The notes below the pieces were generated by a model that did no database searches, was not told where the DNA came from, and worked only from the letters and a program-made list of their open reading frames with translations. Shown one piece after another: positions 1 to 12,560 of a stretch of DNA of 64,000 nt (positions are counted from its first letter, which is position 1; the number at the start of each line of letters is the position of its first letter). A program made the translations under genes and the position numbers. Source of the stretch: Eukaryota sp. TZLM1-RC (taxonomy: Eukaryota; Protista; Metamonada: BaSk clade); the NCBI GenBank assembly GCA_040285825.1, contig JAUPSS010000007.1, positions 644,501 through 708,500 of the forward strand. Reading direction: 5' to 3'.

Positions 1-224
1 ATTAGTGGTTAAATAAATGCTTTTTACTATTAGTCAAGGAGTATAATAAATACCCTGTTTGTTTTGAAACCTTCTCGAAATTAAACTGATTCATTCCAAC
101 TTCAGATACAAATACAATGATACAATTTGTCTAACTTGACATAATTACAAAACTACAGAAACACAGATTGATTGATTTTATCCTTTAGAGCAAACTCATG
201 TTCAAAGTTTTGAATTAAAGTATT

Positions 225-356
225 CCATTCTGCTTGCTGTCTAGCCAAAGCTTCTCTTATTCGATTGAAGAACCGATGCAATCTATTAATAATAGCAGTA
301 CGAATTCGAGCACGCCATTTATTATACTTTGAACATGATAAATCAACAGCAAACAT
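225..356 (-). mobile_element. 3' fragment of CRE/RLE-type non-LTR retrotransposon (family B)
   Basis: WRARIRTAIINRLHRFFNRIREALARQQA is near-identical to the C-terminus of the element at 10897-11420 and its copies at 50455 and 51478. Confidence 0.7.
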
Positions 357-400
357 TCATCACGATAAACACGATAAACATTTATTTAAATAAAATAAAA

Positions 401-2625
401 CTATTGTAAATCTACGGCCACCTCAACCCTCGACTCCTCAAGTTCAGCTTCATCCTCAATGTTTTCAACTGTATCAACCATCTCCTTATCAATTAATTGT
501 TTTTCTTCAATAGCAACAACCTCAGTAGAAGAAAGTCCCTTCATTTCAGTATCCTCAGCATCCTTCTCATCTTCCTTCTCAATGTAAAAGACAGGGACGG
601 GCTTCCCAACAAATCGTAAAACGACAAAGCATGCGATGAAGCACAATCCAATAGAAATCAGAGGATGTAAGCTAAACAAAAGCGTAGGAACATAGCCAAA
701 CACTACAACGACACTCGCTACTGTTAAAGCATAAGGGATCTGCGTGCGAACGTGCGATAAAAGATTACACCTAGCTGCCTAAAGTTAGATAACTTACTGA
801 ACCATACCATTGCAGCAATGACTGTTGTATCTCCTAATGGGCTTGAATGATTACCAAAGACTGAACCACTCAATACTGAAGCTACCATTGCTCTGAGGAC
901 GACCATATCACCAGGAGCAGCTCCTACAGCAAGAGGGACAACTAGAGGAATGAGGATCGACATAGTTCCCCAAGCTGTACCAGTGGAGAACGATACCAAA
1001 GCAGAAGCAATAAACACCGATGTCACTAATAAAACAGCAGAAAAACCTTCGGGAATAAGCGAAACTAACCAGGGAGCCGTTCCCAACACCCTCGAAGCTG
1101 AACCTATAGCCCATGCAAACAAAATGATAATAATTGATGACGACAATGATTTAAAACCAGCTATAAATGCATTCATGTTTTGTTCAAGAGTTGCTATTTT
1201 TTGGCAGAGGTTGAGAATCATCGACATTAAAACACCACAAATACTACCTTGAAGCAGAGCATCGAAAACAGAAGCATTGCCAAAGAGGTTTGAAACAGCA
1301 AAAGATTCTTGATCAAGAAGTTCTTCATACTTTTTAACCATTTCTTCATTATCAATAGCATTATAAACTTCTATTTGAGTTTCAAAATGAATTCTAGTAT
1401 CACTAATTTCAACGTAGCCTGTGTAAACCATTAAAGAAATAACTGCAACAATTGTGACAAAGATGGGTAAAACTGCGTTTATGGCTCTCGTAGGTTTTGT
1501 TAAATCAGCAGCCATATGTTTATCTTCATGATCTGAAAGCTCATCTTGCTTACCTTCCTCAACCTTACAGTTAGAGTTAGGGTCAACTCCTCTTGCTTTG
1601 AGCTCGCATTCATACATGGGACCATAATCCCTTTTCAAGGAGATATTGATAACCACGAAAGCAGCAGCTACGATGGGATAAAAGGAATATGGAATTGATT
1701 GCAAAAACAAAATAAAAGGATCATTATCAAGTCCATTTGCTGCTAATTCACTTCTTAATAAACTAACTTGAAACCCAATCCAAGACGTAATCACCCCAAT
1801 AGCACTCAAAGGCGCTGCCAAAGAGTCCAACAGGAAGGAAATCTTTTCAGGGGAAACTCTCAATCTTGCTAGCACAGGTCTGACTGCCAGCCCAGTTAAT
1901 AACACGTTACTAAATTCGTCTACAAAGACAGTGAGGGTCATGAGAGCAAGCCCAAACATAGCCTTGGTTGATGACGTGGCGACTTTGGAAATCTTTCTAG
2001 AAAGGCCCAGTGAACCACCCGAACGACTGACTATACCAATGAGACCACCAAGAATAATGAAAAACAAAATTAATTTAGCATGACCAACATCAGCCAGAGC
2101 ATATGATAAGTAGGACGACACAGATTCAAATAGACCTGTTAAAGGGTTAAAATTATGAACAGCGGTGGAGGCGATCAATAATCCAATGAAGAGTGATGGA
2201 ATTACTTGTTTGGTTACAATTGCGAGGATAATGATGCATATCTGAGGGACAATAGTCAAAAATCCAGGAATTGCATTGACTTTGAACGAGTATGATGTGG
2301 GGTTTGGGCAGGAGAGGCAGCGGAGGGAGAGCTCATGACGACCAACGGATTCTACGGTGATTTCTTTGATTTCCAGAGTTTGGACGAGATCGTCGGTGAC
2401 TGTATGCTCGTGTGTTACCAAAGGTTTAGAGTTGCTCTCAACTACAAATTCAACGACAGAACCTGAATGAACAGTGTAGTCAGGATCAGCGATGGCAAAT
2501 GAGAATGGTAGCCTGAAGGGTATATCTCTTGTTATAACTGATGGTTCAGAAACACTTTCAATCACAACATCGAAACACAGCACAACAGTGAGACAAAAAA
2601 GTAGCAGTAGAAGTGTTCTATTCAT
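401..2625 (-). CDS. Na+/H+ antiporter NhaC-family membrane protein with N-terminal signal peptide and extracellular domain; 2 exons (intron 779-807)
   Basis: Motifs SGGSLG, DSLAAP, SFSTGTAWGT and GSVFGNHSSPLGDTT. Removing a 29-nt GT-AG intron (GTATGG...CTAACTTTAG) joins the two ORFs and restores the family motif AARCNLLSHVRTQIPYAL. Confidence 0.88.
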
Positions 2626-3073
2626 TAAATGTATTTATTGAGGTCGACCAGCAAAACGGCAGATTGGGGAACAGAGAAGGGTTGAAATGGTGCATATTGT
2701 TAATGATGTTGCACTGATGACGTGGCACAAAGTCAATTTGCCTTTTCAAGCGTTCCTTTGACTGAATAGCAGTTTTTTGTTTACAAATTCAGGGGTTTCT
2801 GGTCTTTGTGTCATAAATCCAATCCAATGAAATTATGATAATGGTGATCTTAAATTTATTATTCTGCACCTACGAACACTTTTATAATGTTTTCTGTTCG
2901 GACCAAAGTCTTTTGTCCCAAACTGTTAACAGATATGGTGTTGGACATGTGTTGAAGTGATGTTTAGGTACAAACAACAGCATAAAAGTATTTATAATCA
3001 AGCTTGAATAAAATCATCAATATCCACAATGAAAGACTCCAACCACAACCACAACCGCACAAATCAAATCAAA

Positions 3074-4783
3074 TCAAATCTTCAGCCACTTTAATAACAA
3101 AATAATCATTGAATAAATAAAATGGGCAAAAAACACACTTAAATAAAAATAAATACCATTACTGGGACTACCATACACACCTATAACCAAGCCTATAAGA
3201 ATCACCACCAACAGTCTAACATCGGCAAGCATTCTCAAAGGACTAAGCCTCTCAGCCTTGTGTGGATCTTCTTCTGCTGTCCTTCTCAGATATCGTACAA
3301 TCAATCTCGCCAATGGTCTGACTTCCCATTTGACCAGGGGTTTCTCGTACGATGGACCTACAAAGTGTAATCTGTTTGTACAATAAGAGGCGCCAGAGAC
3401 CGCCTCTATATATCCTTTGGGCGTTAACACTTGGGAAGCAGGATATTGTTCAGCACTCTCCTCAGGACCTAGTATTGAGGGAGTGGGTACTTCAGAAGCT
3501 ACGTGTAAGTGAAAGACATTGCAGAGTTGTTGTGCGCAGTGCTTACAATCAACAGCAAACTTCTTGTCTGTTACGGCGGAGAGATATGATGCAATGACGC
3601 GAGCTTGTTGTGAAAGCGTCTCTGACTGAAATGACCACTGTGGATCGTGGTGAAGTCTAGTTGGTTCTACTTTGAGGTTAGAGCAGTTCACTGAGACCAA
3701 TCGCAAAGGATCTGGGCTGGACGTATCATGTACTGGCCTCTCTGAGAGCATATGACGCCTACTGAGAGGAGACAGTGCCGTAGTTGTTGTAACAGTAGTA
3801 GGTGCAGGAACATGTTGTTTTTGCAAGGTTTGGAATACAGGATGAAACACTTTGAGCACCTTACAGACCACAAGAGAAGAGTTGCGGTTGTAGGATGCTG
3901 AATTCGATTTTATAAGATTAATAATGGGGACTAAATACAATAAATAATTCAGATAAATCCAAAACTCCATATTATCAACTTGTTTTGGTTTGCAAAAAGC
4001 TTTCCATAAATATAAATCGTGCTGTGAGGAATAAGAAGAGAAAAGGTCAAAAAGATGGCGTGATGCGGTCAGATATAGCTCAGACTTTGATAGAACAGTC
4101 ACCGGAACTGTGGCAAATTTCGAAATTATTGGAGCAAGTCCCGAATTAGCCAGTTCAAAAGCATGAATTGATGGAAAAAACAAAGTATCTGTAGAAAATG
4201 CAATAAAAATATTCAAAAATAACAAAACAACAGAATTCAAAGGTTCATAATTAAAGCTCAAAAAGGAAGAAACTAAGCGACTAAAAGACTTTTTAATACT
4301 GTCCTTAACATGAGTTTTAACTTTAGAAATCAATAAAGCAATAGAAAACAGTAAATAATCCATTGTATTCAATTGCATGGTATTATGAGAGATAAAACTT
4401 ATTGAATATTTACTACTGAGTTCGTTGTAAATAAACCTGTGTGCAGGTAGCTCAGGGTTAGGGTTAGGGTTTGTGAATATGGAGCGAAGAGAAGGAGGCA
4501 GCGACATTAGTGAGATTGAACACTTGTAGTCTGTTTGTGTGGACAGCAGATGTGCCGCTTGGTAAAGAGAACCTTTATCAAATGACAAGAGGGTGGTACA
4601 AACATTACTTGCCCCACCTCCAGATAAAAAGAGAGGAAGGCGTGGAGAATCAAATATGCGTGCAGTGAGGTCTGAGAACTCACGATATAGAGGTTGGAAA
4701 TCGAAGGAAGTTTTGGCACGATCGAGGGCTTTTTCGAGAGAACGACGTTCAAGGAGGGCTTCAAAAGAGTCTGTGGCTCGCAT
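3074..4783 (-). CDS. Sphingomyelin phosphodiesterase 4 (SMPD4/nSMase3)-like protein with C-terminal TM helices
   Basis: First ATG at 4783 (the ORF track starts at TTG). LNTMDYLLFSIA, LTPKG...FVGPSYEKPLVKWEVRPLARL and LRMLADVRLL resemble recalled SMPD4 blocks (LNPFEYYIFFFA, LTPLG...[30 protein letters not shown]). Confidence 0.6.
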   Translation of the reverse strand: MRATDSFEALLERRSLEKALDRAKTSFDFQPLYREFSDLTARIFDSPRLPLFLSGGGASNVCTTLLSFDKGSLYQAAHLLSTQTDYKCSISLMSLPPSLRSIFTNPNPNPELPAHRFIYNELSSKYSISFISHNTMQLNTMDYLLFSIALLISKVKTHVKDSIKKSFSRLVSSFLSFNYEPLNSVVLLFLNIFIAFSTDTLFFPSIHAFELANSGLAPIISKFATVPVTVLSKSELYLTASRHLFDLFSSYSSQHDLYLWKAFCKPKQVDNMEFWIYLNYLLYLVPIINLIKSNSASYNRNSSLVVCKVLKVFHPVFQTLQKQHVPAPTTVTTTTALSPLSRRHMLSERPVHDTSSPDPLRLVSVNCSNLKVEPTRLHHDPQWSFQSETLSQQARVIASYLSAVTDKKFAVDCKHCAQQLCNVFHLHVASEVPTPSILGPEESAEQYPASQVLTPKGYIEAVSGASYCTNRLHFVGPSYEKPLVKWEVRPLARLIVRYLRRTAEEDPHKAERLSPLRMLADVRLLVVILIGLVIGVYGSPSNGIYFYLSVFFAHFIYSMIILLLKWLKI

Positions 4784-5318
4784 AGCTGTAGCGATGATTG
4801 AAGTTGAGTTGAAATGGCCTATTTGAAGTGTGATTGATTTAACGTAAATTTCAATGGACAATGTTTATTTTGTGTTTAAATCAACATCCAGTTAATCAGT
4901 TCGACCAGTCAACGAAATCGTGATGTTAAATCATTGTCAGAATTTATTGTTTTCTGCAAGAATGAGTCAACGTTGCAGGTCTTGGACATAACATAAAATG
5001 AATCACAAAATACAATATGAATTGGTGATCTAAAAACAATGGATTTTATACCAATAGACTAAATAATTTGGCTTTTCGTTTACCATAGAGACAAATTCAC
5101 GTTGAAGATTATCGTGACTTCATAAGGTCATCAATATGTGTATGATACGAAGCAATCTCTACTTGAAGGAAAACAATGAATAGTGTATTTTATAGTATAT
5201 TTCAATTCATATAACCTAAAAAATCATTGAAAGGGTTAAAAAAACCATTAATTATTTTTCAATTAATACATCGTAAATCACAAACATTTGAACTATCCAT
5301 ATTGAAAGAATTATATTA

Positions 5319-8076
5319 CTAATAATCGACAATTGAGTATTCACTATTTTGATGAGTCCAAATGCCAAAAATGGTACCAGAAGGAATGTTCTGAGTGTTA
5401 CTATGTCCATTCAATCTAAAAGTAGCTTGATGATTCTCTATATCAATGTAGAGAATGTCTCCTTCGTTCATTTTAGGGAAGGAAAAGTGGCCACCATTAC
5501 CAATAGTGTTGTAGTTGACACCATTTCCTTTTTTACCCAATTTAATATCATCCATTGTCCAAAACCCAATGCGTTCGTTATGTTTGACCCTTCTTGTCCT
5601 TTGAATTGCAATTTTGAACATATTTGAATTATAATGAATTGCTGCAAAGTTACAAGGCTTAAAACCGTGACAACAATCATTCAAAACCCTGGTATTACCT
5701 TCTGAGAACACCATCCCAGAACCACTTTGTTTTGGATTAAACTTTAAATCTTCTACTTTGTCTTCATACTCCCTGCCAAAAAACCTTTGACACAGTTGAT
5801 TAATAATGTCCAATGAACAATTCTTGATAAGAACCCTTTCCAACCAATTTTCCTTGTTTTGATTAATTGAACTAGAAAGATTTAGGTTTAATAATAAATC
5901 ACTGGAAAATGTAAAAACTTCTGGAATTGAACCAAATTCATAATGATCGATTATTTTGCTTAATAACCAAGAATTTGAAATATGAATAGCAAAATCTACC
6001 AAAGTTTTGAATTCATTAGCAGACAGAGAATTAAACGCCGCTATCTTAGTAATTAATGATTCAAAGTCAATTTGAGAAGTAAATGCATTACCAAGATTTA
6101 AAATCCAAATAAAATCTTGAACGTTAATTGAATTAGTATTAGAAATAAAATGAATAAACAATTTCTGTTTTAATTCTTGGTTGATTTCAAGACACAAAAT
6201 CTTTTCCAATTGTTCTTTTGAAAGTGGTTCTGCTAACTTAATAGTAAAAGATTCTTTTTTCTTTAAGTTGGTCAGAATTTAAACGCTGAATGAAGGAAAT
6301 TATTGTTGATAAATTCAAAGAATTGTTAAATCCGTTGATGAGATCATCAAGTAAAAATGGTTCAATATCTGAACCACTAAAATCAATCACGTCATCAATC
6401 AAAATTGATTGAAAAAGATGACGTGCCTCAATACTCAACATTCTGGTGATCTCGCAGCTTCGTAACTTAAAACTTACTTTTTGAAAGGATTTTCCAAACA
6501 CATTCTCAATCTGATTTCTCTTGGTGACTTTTGGATTCATCACCTTGAAAGAAAAAGGAACTAAGATTTTGTAAAGTTCATCAAATTTTTCCAAATAAGC
6601 CATAACAATTTCATTTAAATCGGTAAAAGTAAATTGATCAAAATCAAAAGAATAAAGACAATCTTCAAAAATTTGAACATTCCAATCAGAATTACCTTGA
6701 CTTTGATTGACTTGGCTAGAATAAGACGTGACCAAGGTGTTTAACAACCAATAATTAACTCCACAATCATTTTGATTGTCAGATTTCAATTTTTTGAAAG
6801 TTTGAGGTTTGATTGAGATGGAATCAGCATTGATTATACTAAATTTTGGCATTACAGCTTCCAATTTTTTAGTATTGAAATTTTCTCGATCAGCAAGTTC
6901 AATCGTCTCAACCAACCAATTGGGGTCAGTATTTGAATGTTTAACATTTCCAAAACAATTGAGAGAATATTCAATTAAAATAGTGGATAAAGAATTATCC
7001 ATTTTCAAGGGAGAAAAAAGTTCAATATAAAGAAAGTCAAATGGAATATCCTTGACTTCTGCCAAGGTCAGCATAGATTTGATCTGTTTGGCTGAAAAGT
7101 TTTGGTCACTTGACCAAGACTTTACGAAACTTTTAATTAGCCACATCACGTGATTGATTGATTTAAGTTGACATGAAAGATTGATTAAAGTGATTGGTTT
7201 GAGTTCGACAACTTCCCGTTCACCAAGGTCAAAAATATGAGGAATTTGATTGACCACTTGTTCAATCAGATGTGAATCAAATTGATTGGCAGTTATTAAT
7301 AACCAGAATGACCAATCATTTTTGATTTTCGAAGGTTTAAAATTTGGAAATATATTGACTGAAAATTCCAATAAGACATCAATTAAATCTTCAAAATTAC
7401 CTAAAGCTTTGACAACTTTATTCCAAATAAATTCAATTTCAATTTGTTTGATCAATTCAAAAGAATGTTTCAAAACTTGATCAACATCTTCAACAGAAAT
7501 GCTACCCTTGACATAGGATTGTACCATAGAAAGGAGCATCCATTTAATAGAATCGGTAGTGGTTAGATTCATAGACAAAACTTCAAAAGATTCTTCCTTC
7601 AAAATTAGCGGCCGATCTAGTGGAAGCTTATTGAGTAAAGAACAGCACTTCTGGATGAACGAATAATGAACACATTCATCAGCTCTTTTGATGACATTTA
7701 GAAGATGAGGAGATGTAAGGTGTTGGATGAAAGAGAAAGCTCTCTCGACTATTTCGGCGGCCTTGAAGTATTCAGCAGTGTAGTAGATATCAAAAACATT
7801 GTCGTTAGTTATATTGAGAGGATGGCAATATAGAGCATTAATGAAGTCTTGGAAAATGGTAACATCAACAGGAAGGTCGTAAAGTTCTAAACGTTGTAGG
7901 TCGCGATCGGTTGTGGGGGCGGTGAACATGTGGTGAAGAGTTCTGGAGAAGATAGAGACTACATGGCGATGGAGAGGAAATTCATGTTGACGATAGACGA
8001 GAGTAACATCGGAGAACTCCTTGCTTTGAAACAACCTCTCAGTGAATTCAGAGCTGGAGTACTGAAAGGTGGTCAT
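5319..8076 (-). CDS. BTB/POZ-domain protein with helical repeats and a C-terminal beta-rich domain; one apparent frameshift
   Basis: BTB start FSDVTLVYRQHEFPLHRHVV...LYCHPLNITNDNV. Deleting one T from the T6 run at 6255-6260 joins ORFs 6238-8241 and 5319-6209 (KEKESFTIKLAEPLSKEQLEKIL). Confidence 0.75.
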
Positions 8077-8673
8077 GATTATGTCGAAAATTTTCCATCT
8101 TTTAGGTGAAACCTGACACTCATTAATATCAATAATTCTGAACTGATTAGCACTATTTCTCTTGCGCCACAGCTTTAAACCAAAGAATGTCTCCCACGCT
8201 TCAACTACATTAACGAGCATTAATTTACAGTTTCTGTACAATTACACACTAATTCTCCTTAAACTATTACAAAAACCTACCTTTGACTTATCGGCGGCAA
8301 GGGAATTGATGTTAGGTCTAGAATTAGAAATAGCCTACTTCGTGATAGTGTTAGTTCTAGTAGTAAGGCAATGGGATTGGTACGCCTCATTGCCATTAAT
8401 AGCACCAATTGAGACAGATGAAGTCTTGCCGCTAAATCAAAAAAGTTCAAAAATTGGGAAGACCAATTTCTGAAATTATTCTGCTAAATAATTGTAATTA
8501 TCGTAATGTCATGTGCATATAGCTTGTAAAAGATCTTTACAAATGGAATTATGTGGCTGCTGGTTTCTCTAGGGCTATCAATATACTTTGAAATTGTATG
8601 TTATAATGAAAAACCATTCTACCAAACCCACATTAAATAATCCTTTATTAATATATAACTCAAAAAAAACAAC

Positions 8674-9462
8674 TTACATTTCTTCATCTTCGTCAGCAAT
8701 CTTGGGTGCGACAAAGAAGCTAATTTTGCCAAGCGCACCAAAATGATATTCTACAACTAAAGGCGATCCATTGGTAAGCTTTAAAGCTACACGTGGAGAA
8801 AGCGAGGTAGCCTTTGTGAAATCACGGAGATAACGAACACCAAAAGCGAGAGAAACGTCATGGGTTTTTTCAATCTCAACTCGATCTTCTTCCTTTTCAG
8901 CAAGTGAATTGGCATGGATGGTAAGCTTACCACTACCAATATCACCAGCAGCGGAGAAAGAGACACTCTCATCCTCTGTGGAGATGGTGATGGTATCACC
9001 AAGCTGTCCAATATCACGACAAACTCGTTGGAATTCTGTACTGGAGAGCCTTATGACGGCGTCGTATTCTTGGTCCGGAATGCCAAGGGTTTCTAGATCG
9101 AGGTCCAGCAGCTTCATGTTGAAGGATGACTCTTGTCCAGCGGTTTCATTACGGAATATGATTTCAAGATTGTCAGCCTTGTCCTGGGCTTTAAGCTGTA
9201 CTTCATCGTCCTTTCCGGCACATTTGAGGATGGTGTCGAGGTTCTTGAGGTTTATGCCAAGAGTCATGTTTCTGTGGTTTGTGAATTCGACGAATCCTTC
9301 CTTTTTAAGGACGAGGGAAACGAGAGCAACGTGAGAGCCATCCATGGCTTGAATGGATAGTCCTTGAAGGGTAAGTTCTAAGTTGGCCTCCTTTACCAAG
9401 TCCTTGATTGCGTCAACAATCTTCTTAAGAGTAGAGACTTTGCTGAGAGTGGCTTCGAACAT
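8674..9462 (-). CDS. PCNA: Proliferating cell nuclear antigen
   Basis: MFEATL...QAMDGSHVALVSL...LDLDLETLGIP...FFVAPKI; 262 aa from the ATG at 9462. Confidence 0.98.
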   Translation of the reverse strand: MFEATLSKVSTLKKIVDAIKDLVKEANLELTLQGLSIQAMDGSHVALVSLVLKKEGFVEFTNHRNMTLGINLKNLDTILKCAGKDDEVQLKAQDKADNLEIIFRNETAGQESSFNMKLLDLDLETLGIPDQEYDAVIRLSSTEFQRVCRDIGQLGDTITISTEDESVSFSAAGDIGSGKLTIHANSLAEKEEDRVEIEKTHDVSLAFGVRYLRDFTKATSLSPRVALKLTNGSPLVVEYHFGALGKISFFVAPKIADEDEEM

Positions 9463-9639
9463 GGAGATATAAGTGGGGTAAGGATGTTTTATTTCATTTT
9501 TCTGTTTCTTAGGATTGGTTTTCCTCAAAGACCTCAACTATTGCAGATTACCAAGATAAACATATACAGCCCCCTTAGGCATCAAAAAACACTGATTAAG
9601 ATTTTTGCATGTCTGTACATGATGTTTTGCCTATATAAA

Positions 9640-10325
9640 TTTTTAAAACAAAAAATTATGAATTCATTATCCTCTAAACAAGCATCACTATTACTGAACC
9701 TTCTCATATTATTTCTTTCATATTCCAAATCATCAGCGAAAAGAGCTATAGAAATCATTGTTCGAATATTGGCAAAAATGCAAACAACAATTTTAACGGG
9801 AATTAAACCAATATTCAGGGAAGGAGTAGAGATGGAGGGTTGCGACTGGGGGAGATGGAACGAGATGTTCTTATAGCATATGGAACCTCAATGCTAATGA
9901 AAGACTAATGAATATACGGCGTCGTATTCATCCAAATTGAGATCATTTGCTTCGAGAAAGAATTCAGTCCTGAGGGTCCAATATTGCCGAAAAAGAAATA
10001 GCAAACGGCACGAACTCATATTTCACAAGTTCCACCCTACCCAATTGTGTCAATCGTTCTTCATTCTTTTGTCTTTTTTCCAGCATAAAATAATGGAGAC
10101 TCAGCAGAATGCACCTATCGAGTTGCACAATTTTTACAGACATCGACTTAGACAACATCAATCCCATTGTGAACACATTCGAGTCCTGTGGCTATTAAAT
10201 CTGTTGTTCGTTTACCAAAAGCATGGTTAGCTTTATTTGGAGAAAGCTTACGATCTAATGGTTCAACAAGAGATTCAATGTAAAAACTTTTACACAAAGC
10301 ATACAATTGATCACGAATTCCAGTC
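9640..10325 (-). mobile_element. Decayed, probably composite 3' fragment(s) of RLE-type non-LTR retrotransposon
   Basis: GIRDQLYALCKSFYIESLVEP, KYEFVPFAIS, GNIGPSGL and EYER...NSDACLEDNEF match the copies at 57100-57680 and 52190-52430; contains stops and frameshifts. Confidence 0.7.
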
Positions 10326-10789
10326 AATTCTTCTTGGCTGATTTGGGTTATGAAGAAATAGAATTTTAACATTGTCGTATAGTTTGTATTTGTTGGAATA
10401 AATAAAAATATATGTAAAAAACGAATTGATTCATCTACTATTAAACAGTAAGTAATAGAGTATTTTCCGTTCAAAATAAGGGATAATAACTGTACATAAT
10501 GGTTACGATCAGTCACATTAGATTATCCTTTTAAGCTTTGGCCTATGTTTGTTGAAGATGAAGCTCCACCAGGTCACCCAAAATTCCATTCAATAGCATT
10601 CTTGAAAATTGATTTCAATTATTGTGAGGGGGTAACCTTGATCAAATTAGTTCACGATTCTATTTATAGGTGACAGTACCACATAGCACCTGATATGGTA
10701 TGAAGTGGTGTACCATCAGTATAAAACACCTTGTTTCTGGTTCTTTCGTTGAGTATTTTCGGGAAAAGCACTACCTCCATTTGGGTCAG

Positions 10790-11425
10790 TAATTGAATTC
10801 AATATTTTGAATGAATTTCCATCAATCAAAGGGTATTGAGATATTTATTGAACATGCACACTTAATTAAATTAATTCATAACTAATGGGACAAATATCAT
10901 TGAACCAAGATTTCCTCTCCAAAATCTTGATCTGCTTGCTGTCTAGCTAAAGCTTCTCCTATTCGATTGAAAAACCGAGGTAATCTATTAATAATGGTAA
11001 ATTGAATTCGAGAACGATATAAATCAATACCAAATTTTTTCATTGTTTGTTCTTGAACCATTTTTTGGAAGTCATTCAAAAAAGTTTCCGCTTCAACTGA
11101 TAATCTTCCGTTCATTGAAAATGGGAAAGCAATAAAAACTAGCGGTGTATTTCTACCAGCATTAACTTCTTCAATATCTTTATCATATTTTCTATGTTTT
11201 TCTTTTGCTTTAAAATCAAGAACACTCACAGGATTAAGTTTTCTTCTGTGAACCAAAGTATCATTTGCAACATAACATGAGACAAAGTCAACAATAGCTT
11301 CAGAATTATCAATCCAATCAGTATACATCACCTCTATCATCAGAGCCAAAAATATTCAGAGACAGTGTTTCCTTCAGCAGAGGCTCTTTACACGATATTC
11401 TTGCAGTTTGTGCCATATTGAAATT
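10790..11425 (-). mobile_element. 5'-truncated non-LTR retrotransposon (RLE endonuclease domain + 3' UTR, family B)
   Basis: EPLL...DRGDVY...IVDF...KEKHRKY...FIAFPFSMNGRL is a PD-(D/E)xK RLE pattern; closely matches 51478-52160 including the 3' UTR. Confidence 0.8.
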
Positions 11426-11752
11426 TGAAATGCATATTAATGCATTAACAATAATGAGTTAATTTTGTGTTACGGATCTAAGTTGGTTGTTGAGTCCAAT
11501 TTGCAAAGTTGTGTCAATTCTGGTTTTAATTGTCCTGTTTTTATGAAATGAAGATGCCGTGTTTCTGATTGAATTGTTATTCATCCGATACCAAACTCAC
11601 TCTCATGTTACATATTTCTGTGTATTTTACTGACTCACAATAAAATATGTGAATGGCAACAGTGAAATCCCGCTTTCGGTATCTTTTTAAAGGATATCCG
11701 TGATAGTTCAGCTGCTGCTTTAGTAACTCAAGTTCCCTCTGTTTATGGACTT

Positions 11753-12560
11753 TTGTTAAAAAACAATGAATGGCTTCTAAACATGCGTTTTCGTTGTTTT
11801 CTGTGGCCAAACAATTTGCCCAATCATTTAACTTGTAAATGTGGTAAACCTCTTTTGTTTACTCATCTTTTGAACTGCAAACATTTCATTACGTTGAGAA
11901 GCAAAGTGCATAATAACGTCAGGGACCAAATTTATGTAATGTGCAAATCATATCGAGTAGATTCCTTTTTAGAACCGCTGTTATCAAAATTAATTCTTGA
12001 TGATCCCAATATTGATAGTACGCGTTACAACAGAGCTTCTATGGGTCTGACTAGAGGTGATCTAGTTGTTCCTGGTTTAAATGGTAGTTTTACTATTCTG
12101 GACGCCATGTCCATTGACCCTTGTAATTCCTCTAACGAACATCTCATTAACTCGGATGTAAATAATCCTCTTCTTGCAGGCGAAAAATATAAAATTGCTA
12201 AATATGCGAAACCCATTTCCTCGGTTAATGAAAATTCTCATGCCCAATATAATTTATGTCCATTTGTTTTTTCTTTGCTTGGATCTCTAGGTAAGGCTGC
12301 TATGGCTTTCCTCGAGGATTTTGTTGTAGTTGTAAAGGAAAGAACTGGAAGAATTTTCAATCGTGTTTACTGGCAAAACAGGATTGTATTTTCTATTTTT
12401 AACGGAATGGTAAAACTAATTTCTGATTCACTATCTTCTTTGGGGAAATTTTCTGAATCTTTAGCAATTAATTGTTTTGATGTAGGGGAGGCAGCTTTCG
12501 AGGATGTGGAGGTTTAATTGTGAATTTCATATTTGTTTGTTGAATAAAAATTAGTATAAA
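11753..12560 (+). mobile_element. 5'-truncated CRE/RLE-type non-LTR retrotransposon (CCHC knuckle + RLE endonuclease, family A)
   Basis: CKCGKPLLFTHLLNC knuckle, HNNVRDQ, EP, RGD, ILD, EKYKIAKY, PFVFSLLGSLG; A-rich 3' end. Confidence 0.85.

Noticed and set aside
4453-4472. GGGTTAGGGTTAGGG telomere-like run
   Set aside because: Lies in a CDS and encodes NPNPNP on the minus strand.
8787-9360. Overlapping and antisense ORFs on PCNA (and similar shadows on other genes)
   Set aside because: By-products of codon bias in real genes.
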